Assembly (NCBI RefSeq): GCF_006345805.1
Contig: NC_043003.1
Coordinates: 72,478,001-72,542,000 of the forward strand
Source: Octopus sinensis
Taxonomy: Eukaryota
Length of the DNA: 64,000 bases
Direction: 5' to 3'
The notes beneath the pieces are model-generated. The model saw only the letters and a program-made list of their open reading frames with translations, did no database searches and had not been told where the DNA came from. Made by a program: the position numbers and the translations under genes. Shown here one piece after another: positions 14,170-26,760 of the stretch. Positions within the stretch are counted from its first letter, which is position 1, and each line of letters starts with the position of its first letter.

Positions 14170-14601
14170 CAATTACACCACTCTCGCTAAACACTATTTT
14201 AAAGCGCGATGTTTATGCTGTTGAATTAATCTAGACGAATTTGACTATAAGAGTGGAAATTTAGTATCTTTTAAGGTAATAATAAAAATAGTCGAACCTA
14301 TTTTCATGCAGTTGAGTGCGCAAAGTTTTCGAAATTTTCATATCTTTTAGGTCTGCTATTTCAGAATTCTACGCATGCGTAAAACATCAGAGACGAAAGT
14401 TCATGCAATTACATATTCATACATGCGACGTCGTAAACAGGCATAACAATAGCTTCGACGGTCGACAAATTTTTACTAATATCTAAAAAAAAAAAAAAAT
14501 ACTAAGTTTCTAACATTTTTATGGTCAAATTCGTTTAGAACAATTCAATAACATTAAAAAATTGCACTTTAAGATAGTGTTTAACGAGTATGGTGTAATT
14601 G
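14170..14601. mobile_element. MITE with ~95-bp imperfect TIRs, superfamily unclear
   Basis: CAATTACACCACTCTCGCTAAACACTATTTTAAAG... pairs with ...CTTTAAGATAGTGTTTAACGAGTATGGTGTAATTG. Confidence 0.8.
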
Positions 14602-14699
14602 TAATTTATGTTTTTTTTTCTTTCAAAATGACACCGATAGAGACATTTGAAAGAACGCAACCGGTTAAGAAAGAACGAAGTAAAAGAAGTAGTAAATAT

Positions 14700-14730
<31 letters not shown>

Positions 14731-14814
14731 CGTTATGAGAGGTAACATTATATGAGAGAGTGAGTTCAATACGTAATATATATATTGTAAACATGTATAT
14801 ATACGTAATGTATA

Positions 14815-14972
14815 TACTGTAAACATATATATATATATACTATATATATATATATAATATATATATATAATATATATATATATATATAATATATATATAT
14901 ATAGATATATATATAATATATATATACATATATATATATATATATTATTATATATATATATATATATACATA

Positions 14973-15050
<78 letters not shown>

Positions 15051-15189
15051 TATATATATATTATATATATAATATATATATTATATAATATATATATATA
15101 TATATATAATATATATATACATATATATATATACATATATATATATTATATAATATATATATATATACATATATAATATATATATATAT

Positions 15190-15245
<56 letters not shown>
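14815..15245. repeat. Long interrupted (TA)n microsatellite
   Basis: Directly visible. Confidence 0.95.
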
Positions 15246-15247
<2 letters not shown>

Positions 15248-15254
15248 TAAACAT

Positions 15255-17223
15255 GTACAATAAATATCGTGAAAACTTCCCGTTCAGAGAAATTAGCGCA
15301 AATACTAGCTGAATTGTCTCAAAACTTCCACTTTATAATTATCATAAATATTCACGCTTTCAATAGTACACTATGCCCAGTAAAAGAAAGGGCAACAACC
15401 TGCTCCGAAAAGATTCCCGTTCACAAAAGATCGCTGAGCAAAGTCAATAGACGCAAACAGAAAATAGACAAGGCCCTAGCTCTTTTCAGTTCTCGGAATA
15501 AAGTGAAGAATGCAAGAAACCCGTGCAATGGAAACACCAGAAGAAACAGAGACACAGAGAAATGCAGATCTGCTGAAGAGACAGGAAACTCGTACAATGG
15601 AAAGATCAGAAGATTCAGAAGCTCGGACGAATGCGAATCGGCAGAGAACAAAGGAAATCCGTGCAATAGAAACACCAGAGAGAAAAACAGAAGCACGGAG
15701 GAATGTGAATCGGCTGAGAACACAGAAAAGCCGTGCAATGGAAACACCACAAGAAACAGAAGCACGGAGGAATACTGATCGATTTTCTAGAGAAAACACG
15801 TTGCTGCCACAAATTCAGCAGCGACAAGCAAACAACCAGAGATGATACCAATCGAGACTTTGTCAGCAAAGAACTGACACTGAGAGAATGGCTATGGAAG
15901 CTGATGTGGTAGATTTTCATGAGAAAGATCGAAACCCAAGCCTCATGTTGCACTACTGTGGAAACATTTTTAACAGAACATGCTCTGACAGAGGAATTTA
16001 TGTGCCACATGAAAATACGTGATTCCAGTGGAAAACTTTTCCAAAAGACAAGGCTACTGGGTATTGACAAGGTTACGATGAGCCATAAGTGTGTCTATGA
16101 ATGCGTTGATCGCTGTCTCAGAGAAGTTAAACAAGAATCAGATAAGCTGTTTGGAAGTGTGAATGTTTTGTTTTCTGGAGACTGGAAGCAGATATTGACC
16201 GTGGTGCAAAGAGGTTCCAGGGCCCAGACTGTTCATGCCACAATAAAACAGTCATATATTTGAAACCATGTCTAAAGCCTACATTTGTCTGTCAATATGG
16301 CAGTCCAAAATTCTGGCGATGATGACATTGCTTTCTCATCCTATCTTGACCAGCTGGGAATGGAAAATTTCCTATCAATCAAGAAATTGGTGAATACGAA
16401 ATATTTATTCCTCCACTGCATTTGATTGTCTCTACAAGGCTACAGAACCAATGTGAAACGGCCTTCAGGGCTTCAGGGGTATTGGTAAAAAATATAGAGA
16501 GGAACTATGTATGAGTAGCAGAGCCATCATTACTCCTACAAACAAGGCTGCTGAAGAAGTGAATACAGCTGACATCTCGAAACTTCTACCAGGAGATAGT
16601 AAAATTTATCGAAGCTGTGACACATAACACGAAAACGAGACTGTGTTCCTGCTGGAACTGGTCAATGATCTCAATCCATCAAGGTTTTCACCACACATTT
16701 TGGTTTTGAAGAAGCCCTTCTCCATTATGCTGCTCAGAAACCTTGATCCAGCAAGAGGTCATTGCAACAGAACAAGATATATAGTCTTGAATCTGTACAA
16801 CCACCTTATTGAAGCAGAAGTAGCCAATGGGACCCATGCTGGAATCCGGATAATGACACCAAGAATTTCACTGATCATCACTGAAGACTATCCGTTCTCA
16901 TTTTCCAGGAAGTAGTTTCCTGTGAGGCCGGCTTTTAGAATGACATCAAACAAATCTCAGAAAGTTGGAATTTACCTGCCAACACATATCAGCCATGTCC
17001 AGTTCGATGTTGCCAACAGCAGAGTTGGTTCTGAGAACAATGCGCATATATATTGGCTTTGAACTCAGAGTATAAGGGTATGAAAGGAATCTACACCGTT
17101 GCCTATAAGGAAATTATTTAAGAAAATTTTAGTAAGTTTCACTTTTTACTTTCAAACTACGAACAGGAGTATGGATATGTACTAGCTGAATCGACCGCAC
17201 GGAGGGCGGCGATTCAGTTAGTA
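15255..17223 (+). mobile_element. Internally deleted Helitron (N-terminal repeats + PIF1-type helicase remnant, no Rep domain seen)
   Basis: RAMETPE/ETEARRN repeats (15510-15845); helicase LFGSVNVLFSGDWKQIL and IMLLRNLDP..GHCN.TRY; terminal hairpin 17180-17223. Confidence 0.85.
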
Positions 17224-17234
17224 ATTATAATTAA

Positions 17235-17479
17235 AGGTACTGGAAACAGCACCTACATGCTAGAGATAGACGTCAAAATACTCTAAAAACCACAATAAAT
17301 GAAGTTTAGTAAAATTTTGAGGTTGATTCTAGATCTAGAATTAACCTCAAATGTTTACTAAATCTCTTTTATTAATTTACTCGCTTTCAGCTTTGTGCTT
17401 ATCTGAGTGCGATTTTGAAGTGGTTTTTAGAGTCTTTTGACGTTTATCTCAACCGTGTAGGTGCTGTATGTCAGTACTT
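17235..17479. mobile_element. Fold-back MITE, possibly Kolobok-type
   Basis: ~60-bp TIRs starting TTAA|AGGTACT; internal palindrome centred on TCTAGATCTAGA; right flank TTGA (degenerate TTAA). Confidence 0.7.
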
Positions 17480-17496
17480 TTGATTATAATTATAAT

Positions 17497-17527
<31 letters not shown>

Positions 17528-17725
17528 CCGGTCAGCATACATGCATATGTGTGTGCGTGTATCTTATTCATGTATATATATATATATATATTTATATATA
17601 TTGGCCTGCTCGCTTAGCCAACGAGGTGGCGTCATTTGAAGGCTAAAACAATGCGAACCGCATTGTGACCAGCGATGTGTAGCAACATCTAATAGCCTGG
17701 TCGGTCACGATGATATATATATATA

Positions 17726-20700
17726 CTAGCAGAAGTACCCGGCTTTGCTCGGGATTCAAATACTACAATGCTCTTGATACTTGGTAAATTTTTGTCCTAA
17801 ATAACGTTAACGCCAAATTGTAACAAAATTGTAACAAATTGTAACAAAATTGGTCGCCGGCTACCGCTGACGCCAATCAGTAACAGTTTGACGCGAAGGG
17901 CTTTAATGCGTTCTAAGATGGTGTAACATTCATGGGTAGAGTTGCCCTGAAAAAGGCTTTTTTGTCATTCTTACAGCGGTAAGAATTTAATGAGAAGCTC
18001 TGAAAAGTACTGTAATGTGTTCTCATGTGGTGTAAAGTTGATCTGAAAAGGGCCTTTTTTCGTTTACACTGAAAGCAACTGTTTAAAGGTAAACTCTGTG
18101 AAAACAGATGACAAACCTAGGTTAGACAAAGGAAAAGAAACATGGTTGAGGAAAGTTGGTAACTTTGAAAGCATGATTACAATAGCATCCACCACATATC
18201 AGGTCTGCAAGGTTGCACTGGTGTAGTGGAGGCATAGAGGTTCACGAATTTAAAAGCAGTTGGCGCGTGAAGTGCCTACAACACACTTCTGTAGACCACA
18301 TTTTTCGTTTTGCCATTAGGGGCAAGTACGAATAGATTTTGTTTGCTTCTAACTCTGGAGCATCCGACATATAAGGCCATGAGAGAAACATGGCTGGCCC
18401 TCCTTCTCTTGGCAGCCGAAGCAGACTCTGTTTTACGACCAAGGTGTGTTCTTTTCTTAGGTGGCATGGCAGTAGTTTGGGACTATGTTTAAATTGCGAG
18501 TTTTAAAAAACGGGCAAAAAGGAACACAATTTGGCTTGATGTATAAAAAGTGAACCTAGTAAATGTATTATTCAAAAAAGTGGAAGCACGGACTGACAGT
18601 TAGCTATGTGAACACAAAGACACTGAATGCAATATTTTTTAATGACGCGAAAGCTAAAAACTGGCAGGCAGCAACTGCCCCATGATCCTTGGTGCATGAA
18701 TAAACGGCAGAAGTTGTAAGCAAAAAACCAATGTTAATCCAGTAAAGCTAAAAACTGGCAGGCAGCAACAGGGGTTAACTCAATGGCGTATGGGAACAAC
18801 GAATAATTTCCGGAAAGTATGAAGTTAAAGCAATAAGGTACGTTAAATGGTAGGCCTAACCTGTAAGCTGAAGCACGTATCAGATATGCACAAAAGTGCA
18901 TCAATAATTACGATTTAACACTGGCATGATCAGGTGAACAGTTTTCCACCAATGAAATTCAATCAAAGAATTAGTTGGACAGGCTCATTACAGTGCACAG
19001 TCAATAGTGTTCATGCGCATAGGTCAAAGGTCATGTTCGCAGTTCACTCCTTTTTGGCAGACCATTGATATAATATCATTAAGAAAAATGGTGCTGAAAA
19101 GGGGGCATTATGATTGTCGGCGATAATGGGTGGTGAGTAAATACTAAGGACGTGGTAAATGCAATCATTCACACCAAATAAAAGGTTGAAGTGGGGGTGG
19201 CATCATGGCCGTAGGTGATAATAGAGGGTGGTTTAAGTAAACACTAATGTACACAGATCAAAAAGAGGGATGCACATTAATAGTATTCACGCCCAAATGT
19301 CAAAGGTTATGCTCAAAGTTCACCCCCATATTATCACACTATGAGCAGAGGGCAATTAAAGAAAGTTTGTGCTGAAGTGACCGTAGACGATAACAGAGGG
19401 TATTTTAAGTAAACACTAATGCATACAGATCAAATCAGCGAAGTAAAACAGCCCCATCGATCCTTGGTGCATGAGTAAACGGCAGAAGTTGTAAGCAAAA
19501 AACCAATGTTATCCAGTAAAGCTAAAAACTGGCAGGCAGCAACAGGGGTTAACTCAATGGCGTATGGGAACAACGAATAATTTCCGGAAAGTATGAAGTT
19601 AAAGCAATAAGGTACGTTAAATGGTAGGCCTAACCTGTAAGCTGAAGCACGTATCAGATATGCACAAAAGTGCATCAATAATTACGATTTAACACTGGCA
19701 TGATCAGGTGAACAGTTTTCCACCAATGAAATTCAATCAAAGAATTAGTTGGACAGGCTCATTACAGTGCACAGTCAATAGTGTTCATGCGCATAGGTCA
19801 AAGGTCATGTTCGCAGTTCACTCCTTTTTGGCAGACCATTGATATAATATCATTAAGAAAAATGGTGCTGAAAAGGGGGCATTATGATTGTCGGCGATAA
19901 TGGGTGGTGAGTAAATACTAAGGACGTGGTAAATGCAATCATTCACACCAAATAAAAGGTTGAAGTGGGGGTGGCATCATGGCCGTAGGTGATAATAGAG
20001 GGTGGTTTAAGTAAACACTAATGTACACAGATCAAAAAGAGGGATGCACATTAATAGTATTCACGCCCAAATGTCAAAGGTTATGCTCAAAGTTCACCCC
20101 CATATTATCACACTATGAGCAGAGGGCAATTAAAGAAAGTTTGTGCTGAAGTGACCGTAGACGATAACAGAGGGTATTTTAAGTAAACACTAATGCATAC
20201 AGATCAAATCAGCGAAGTAAAACAGCCCCATCGATCCTTGGTGCATGAGTAAACGGCAGAAGTTGTAAGCAAAAAACCAATGTTAATCCAGTAAATTGCA
20301 AATTTAATGCAAATAAACTTGACAAAATATTAGTTTTAAAACAGTCAATTAAGCATGGGTCATATTCTTGCCAAATTTGGAGCAAATCGGTTTTGGAACT
20401 GCGGAAAAACCGAATTTTATGCAGTTATTCGCAGACTTTTTCCAGTCAATGAAGATTGACTTGACAAAGACATAGATTCTAAATAATTCTTAAAGCATGA
20501 GTGATGTTTGTGCTAAATTTGGAACGAATCGGTTGGAAACTGCGGAAGTTAGTGGTAAAATCCGATTTTCACAATTAACATGGTTGACCTTGACACAAAT
20601 TTCAAGCAAAGTAATTCTTATGTCATGAGTAATGCTCATGTCAAATTTGGAAGAAATCGCTCGAAAAACCAAGAAGTTATCGGGAAAAAAATCTGGGTTT

Positions 20701-20900
20701 CTGAACAGCTATTCGTAGTTCTTGCTTATACGCGGGGGGTCTCGAAAATATAAAGTAGGTCATGACCACTCTTGGAGCATAAGCTATCAGTGTGTCAAGT
20801 TTGAACGAAAACGGTTGAAAAATGTGGAAATGCATAACTACCACACACACACGCGCACACATACAGACATATGTTTTGCACACAAATATATATACATATA
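17726..20900 (-). mobile_element. Non-autonomous Helitron derivative with RepHel N- and C-terminal stubs
   Basis: 3' hairpin + CTAG|T at 17726-17753; ORF 18276-18467 joins MPPKKRTHLGRKT to LYVGCSRV...KNVVYRSVL; 5' boundary approximate. Confidence 0.7.
18680..20295. repeat. Near-identical tandem repeat, 774-bp unit, ~2.1 copies
   Basis: Anchor offsets 18780->19554 and 19466->20240 both equal 774. Confidence 0.95.
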
Positions 20901-21221
20901 TACTCATATGTGTGTGGGAGGTGTTTATGTTTATGTTTGTGGGAGTATTTTATGTATGTATACATGCATGTATGTATGTATATATGCCTTTATATAAACG
21001 TGTGTGGATAAATATAAGTACTGAACCTATAAGTATTGTAAGGGGAATTAATTAAATTTTATTAAATACCCCACTATGTAGAAAGAAAACAAAAGCCTAG
21101 TGGCATTGTTAGCAACAATCAAAGAAAAGTTTTAAATTTGAAGAACTCACGAATTACACACACACACACATTCACACATGCATAACTATGAGTGTGTGTG
21201 TGTGTATTTGAATATATATGC

Positions 21222-21630
21222 AGGGTATTCGAGCTAAATTTGCATAAAAGGAAAAGAATCCCAAAAATCAAGGTATATCAAAAATTATCAACTGAGTTAT
21301 AACTGATAGATAATCGTTTACTCAAAGTCCCTGCGCTCCGCTTCAACCATAACCTGAAGACGGCTCTGGAACCTCGCGCATGCTTTCCTCACGGTGTGAC
21401 TGGAAAGATATTTGAGCACCTCCTTAATTTTGACCACGAGCTCGGCCTTGGTGCTGCAGGTAAGGCAGTTGGGTTTTTTTCTCAATAGCGTCTCACACAT
21501 ATGATTACAATCGAGGGAATTTGGAGGCCAGAAATTGGGGACAGAGAAGTGGTAGAAATTCTTCGACAACCACTTCTGGGTCTTTCCTGAGATATGACAA
21601 GGAGCCGAACACTGCTGCCACACAAATGGT
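21222..21630 (-). mobile_element. Tc1/mariner (maT/DD37D-like) 3' remnant
   Basis: WQQCSAPCH..KTQKWLSKNF...FWPPNSLDCN...VRKACARFQSRL; CAGGGT-type TIR end near 21222. Confidence 0.75.
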
Positions 21631-22217
21631 CTTCTAGCAGTAACCCACTCCAGCCAAGATATAACCAGCCTCCAACAGCTTTACATAGTCGCTTGAATTG
21701 AGCTTAAAGTCATATTTAAAAAAGTACGACAGTATGACATCGCTCTCACTGGAGTCACACCCAAAGACCATCATCATCCTATTGGCTACGGCTTGAAAGT
21801 CTCCGTTGCAGCTGTCTCTGTCAGATCTTTCCAGTCAGCAGGAGTTAGGACGTTGGTGCTTTGGTACTCGGCGCGACTCATCATGATAAAAGGAACTGTT
21901 TTCCAATACTCAGATAGCTTCCAGTCCCATATGAAGCTAACTTCGAATCAGCTACAACTTTAATCTTTATGCTCTTCGACACTGTAGACTGTTCATCTAT
22001 ATATTAAGCTGTTCGTCAAAAAGAAGAGACATAAATAATCGTTAAATTTAACCCGAATTTTCAGTATATACGTGTGTGTGTGTGTGTGCGTTCGTGCCTG
22101 TACACAATGTGCCGCACATCAGAACTGAATCCAAGATCATATAGTTGGGAAGCAAGTTTCTTACCAATATAGCCATGCCTGCACCTATATATATAACCTT
22201 AGCGCATTTTCAACCCT

Positions 22218-22284
<67 letters not shown>

Positions 22285-22289
22285 AGCTT

Positions 22290-22325
<36 letters not shown>

Positions 22326-22456
22326 CATACATACATACATACATACATACTACATACATACATATGTATACACACGCATACACGCACGCACACACACACG
22401 CACACACACACATATATACATACATACATACATACATACATACATACATACATACA

Positions 22457-22488
<32 letters not shown>

Positions 22489-22703
22489 GTTATGAAGATT
22501 AATGTTTATTGCCGCATCAATATGGATATTCGACGTTACTACCGTTTTAACCCAGGCAGGTTTGTTGTTATGAGGATTCTGAAAAATCAAGGCACACCAC
22601 CGGCATTCGACATACATGCATATTATATACACGCATACATACATACATACATACATACATACATACATACATACATACATACAAACATACATACATACAT
22701 ATG

Positions 22704-22760
<57 letters not shown>

Positions 22761-24719
22761 ATATATATTATATATATATATATATAATACAAACAAGAAA
22801 GCACAAAAAAACACAACAACGCGAGGACGTGGAATAACGTTTCGATCAGAGCTCTTCGTCGGAAACATAGGAGAAGGAAAGATCCAGAGAAGGGAAGACA
22901 GGGGAAAAAAAATATCGTTGCTATCATACAAAATGTCGTAAGTCCATAACGTTGTTTCTTCAGAAAACGAATAAATAGTTTCACCTTTCCATCCCAAAAT
23001 CGTTGTACTACACTTTGACAATTTTTGATATCTTAGCCTCTGAAGCAACTGGAGTTACGATAGTTTGACTAAAAGAACTGGCTTTTGCAATCAAAAGTAT
23101 ATATTGAAAAATAAACGCATTTGGACAAATTTGGACAATCGACAGTTTAACATAATAGATATATTTATACACATTACTTATTGTGTATATATGTGTGTGT
23201 GTGTGTATGTATAATACACACACACACACACGTATATATACACACATACGCATATACAAACAAAAATTCGCTCACATATAGTGCCTTCTCTGTCTCTCTC
23301 TCTCTCTCTCTCTCTCCCTTCTCCTTTCTTATAATACGCTTCTCTCTAAACACGCACACGCTTTATTGATCTGTTTGCCTGTTGTCTGACACTGAATGCA
23401 ACAGTAATTTTCACTGTCCGCTATCTGATTCTATCAGTTAAACAAGTAAACAAGATTCTAATAGTAACTCAGTTGTTTTCGCTTATACTTCTGCTCGCGA
23501 AACAATGCAAGGAATCTCAAGATGCAGAAATTCCTAAGAAAACAAAAGAACCAATATCCACCTACCCTTTACCCCATCTCCACAAACAGAAAGTCGCCCC
23601 CATATAAACATTACAAGAATTATTTTCAATCCATAGTTTAACCTTCTTTTTAAGATGTTTCCGAATACATCATCCTAGTTTTTAAATACATTTTGGCATT
23701 ATTTTCTTATTTTTGTCTTTTCTTTTGTGTTTGTTTCTTTTAACATTCCCATCTTTAATGTTAAGGATCTTCATGCCAATTTAACGTTGAGCCACCATGT
23801 TGTTATTGTAGCGGTTGTTGTTTTTATGGTTGTAGTTGTTGGCTTTTGTCGTAGTTGTAGTTGTTTTTGTTGTTGATTTTGTTTGGCAGAATCGGTGAAA
23901 CGACCGATAAAATACCGTACTCAATTTGATGACTGCTTTTACTTTCCTAGTTCAAATCCTATCAATATTTCAGTTTGCCTTTCATATCTTAGTAATCGAT
24001 GAATAACACACATAAGCTTACATATATAAATATATTAGAAAAACAGCATACTGTTTAACCCTTCACGGGAAAACCATAGGTTTTTTTATGAAGAAGTTCT
24101 GTTGTTTATAAGTAAAGAGTGATTCCTGTTTGTATAAAAGTACATTTCTCACGCGATACCAATGCCAATGAAAGTAGCACTCAACACAAATGGTTGAGTT
24201 ACGTGGATTTACTGGCAGTCTGACTCAGCTTCACCTTACATAAAATTTCGTGAACGTAGCTCACATTTTCAGAGAGAGGAAGAGAATTTGAAAGAAATTT
24301 AAGATAGATTTTAGGTGAGTGTATATAAACCCCCAATGGTTAACTTTCTGGTTACTTGGCTGTGTTTGCTACCGTAGCATCATCAATTATTATAATGGCA
24401 GTTCCCCGTACTGGAGTAGACAAGATGTTGGCACCATTTTGTTGACATTGTGCAGAATGTAGCAACATCAGATCTTTAGACTGGATATTGCAAGTGGTAG
24501 GGTAGACAAGATGTTGGTATCAGTTACTCATCAATCTGCAGAGTGTGGTATTTCAGTGGCAACAATTACCTCATAGAGAGGAAACTGATTTGATTGCATT
24601 AGCTTACATGTGAGTTTGCGTGAGAGACTTGAGATATAATTGCAATCTCTACCGATAAACCCTGCCATTGTATGTGGGTAAGCCAGATCAAGCTTATTAG
24701 CAGCCAATTGCTTGAAGTT

Positions 24720-26760
24720 CATTAACAGAACGATGTTCCTCTCGTGACAACAATACTACTGGTTATTTTTTTCCAATTGATAGATATTGCAGGCTGGTGG
24801 ATCATGTGAAGTTTTTCGCGGTGGCAGACTTGGCAATTACGAGCTCGAGATGGGAAGATGGGGACGTCGTTCTAATAGTGCTTGACCCTCATGATGAAAT
24901 TGAAGAGTGAATAGGTATTTCCGTCTTCCAACACCAGAAGGAGCACATGTATGACGTGTATCTTCCCTTAAAGTCATTGACTGTCCTATCCGTATAGTGT
25001 CTTGTGATGCTATCGGATGGTGTGAGGGTGGCTTTTTGTGAATCAAACTCAATCTCAATGGGCAATTTGTAGAATCTTGGAAGTTACAACCTGGAGTGTA
25101 GGTTGAAGACTATGTGTGTGGTTTCTTCTGTTTTAGTGTGCAATAATGAAAGCGAAGGTATCTAAGCTAGAGTAGCTATCCTTGATGTTATGAAAATCTT
25201 AAAAAAATTTGACATCGATAGGCCGTTGGGAAATACTTTCAAATTAGTATGAAGACGTACCATGCTATATTAGTTTAAGCATCTAGATTAAATGTAGGAT
25301 TAAATCAGATTAGTCTTCTATTTCTTAATGTAGGATTAAATCAGATTAGTCTTCTATTTCTTAATCTCTTCGGACTTTGTGGATAAAGGTTCTCTTCGGA
25401 TTTTGGGAATGAAGGTTACACAAACGTATCGGCAAAGCTATTCTTCGTTAGTGATTCGTTATAGTCCGGTATAGTCCTGTTGGAAATCTCTCTGCCCACC
25501 AGTAGACTGAAGATTCTTCTGATGGTGACAGTAACTAGTTTTCTAACTGCAGCTAGAGTGTGGTTGAAGTATTTTTGACACTCCAATCACCCTCAGGATC
25601 AGTTTACAGATATTTCTGTAAAAGTAATGCATGCCTGTTTCGAGATCTAGGCTTACGTTCAGTAAGTTAGCCTATTTTTAACTTGTGGTAGTAACAGTTT
25701 ACTGCCAGGCCAAAGTTTTTGAATTCTACTTGAATTTGTCCATGGAGGGGCCGATCATGTGGTTTGAGGCCGAACTGTGGGGGTGTGGATATTATTTTAG
25801 AGCATCCAAGATAAATGACACCACAGGATTGACAACCTCAGTCCCGTCATAACTCCCCGTGGATACATCGAACTATGAGTCGCCTTCCATTTTTGTTTTT
25901 ACCATATAAGAATCATCGTGAATAGGGAATGACTTTCTAGCATTCACAACGATTCTGACATTGAGGTCGCTACTTCTAGAGATGGAATTTCGAAACTGAA
26001 GTGTAGAAATCCGTGAGTAAACTTGCAAGTTGCTTTATGCATGATTCTAGTTGATTACCGCAGTGCTGCACTTTCCCAGGCTCAGCCATGTAGCCTTCTG
26101 ATACTGAAGCTGATGCTATTAAAACTATGATTACATTGCAACCCATGCTCCCAGAGAAGTTCAGTAGCTGGCATTTAAGACTGAAAACTTGTTGGACTTG
26201 TTGTCGTTAAGCTTCACAGAAGGTTGGGCCGTTGCGAGACAGTTCGAACAATCTTCTATCTTTAGGCTTCTTCGCTTTGGTATTTGTGTCATTGTAGATT
26301 GAAATGATTTTCTTGTGTGTTTTAGTGATAGTGTTTGTAAGAAGTCTTATATTTGGGGGAGCGTTTGTTTCATGAATGTTCTTTGATTTGTTAGCGAAGA
26401 CGTATGCATTAGGTAGGTGCTTGCTTATGTAACTCTTTAAAGAGTTTGGGAATGGGTTAGAACGATTCTGGAATTTTACCTTTTAGATGATGTTTAGTAA
26501 ATTAACTTTGAAATTCTCAAAGTTTTCTATCCTAGGAGGGTATTTTCGGAATTTAAAGCTTGACGATCTAGACTTACACTTTCTCTTTTCTTAATAAAGT
26601 ATGTTAAAAAAGGCTCCGGATGTATTGGCTGTTGGATCCTCAAAGAACAAGGCTTTCCAGCACATGTCTTTGGCTACGCTTAATATTTTCTCGATAAGGC
26701 ATGTTGAATAATACTTCTTTGTCGGAATTTGGATGTTTTTCAGCAATTATTATTCCAATT
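24720..26760 (-). mobile_element. Decayed Penelope-like element (RT + GIY-YIG)
   Basis: Minus fragments LIEKILSVAKDMCWKALFF; FDVSTGSYDGTEV; LI*FNPTF; CNFQDSTNCPL; CQVCHREKL. 36-bp tandem duplication at ~25290-25365. Confidence 0.8.
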
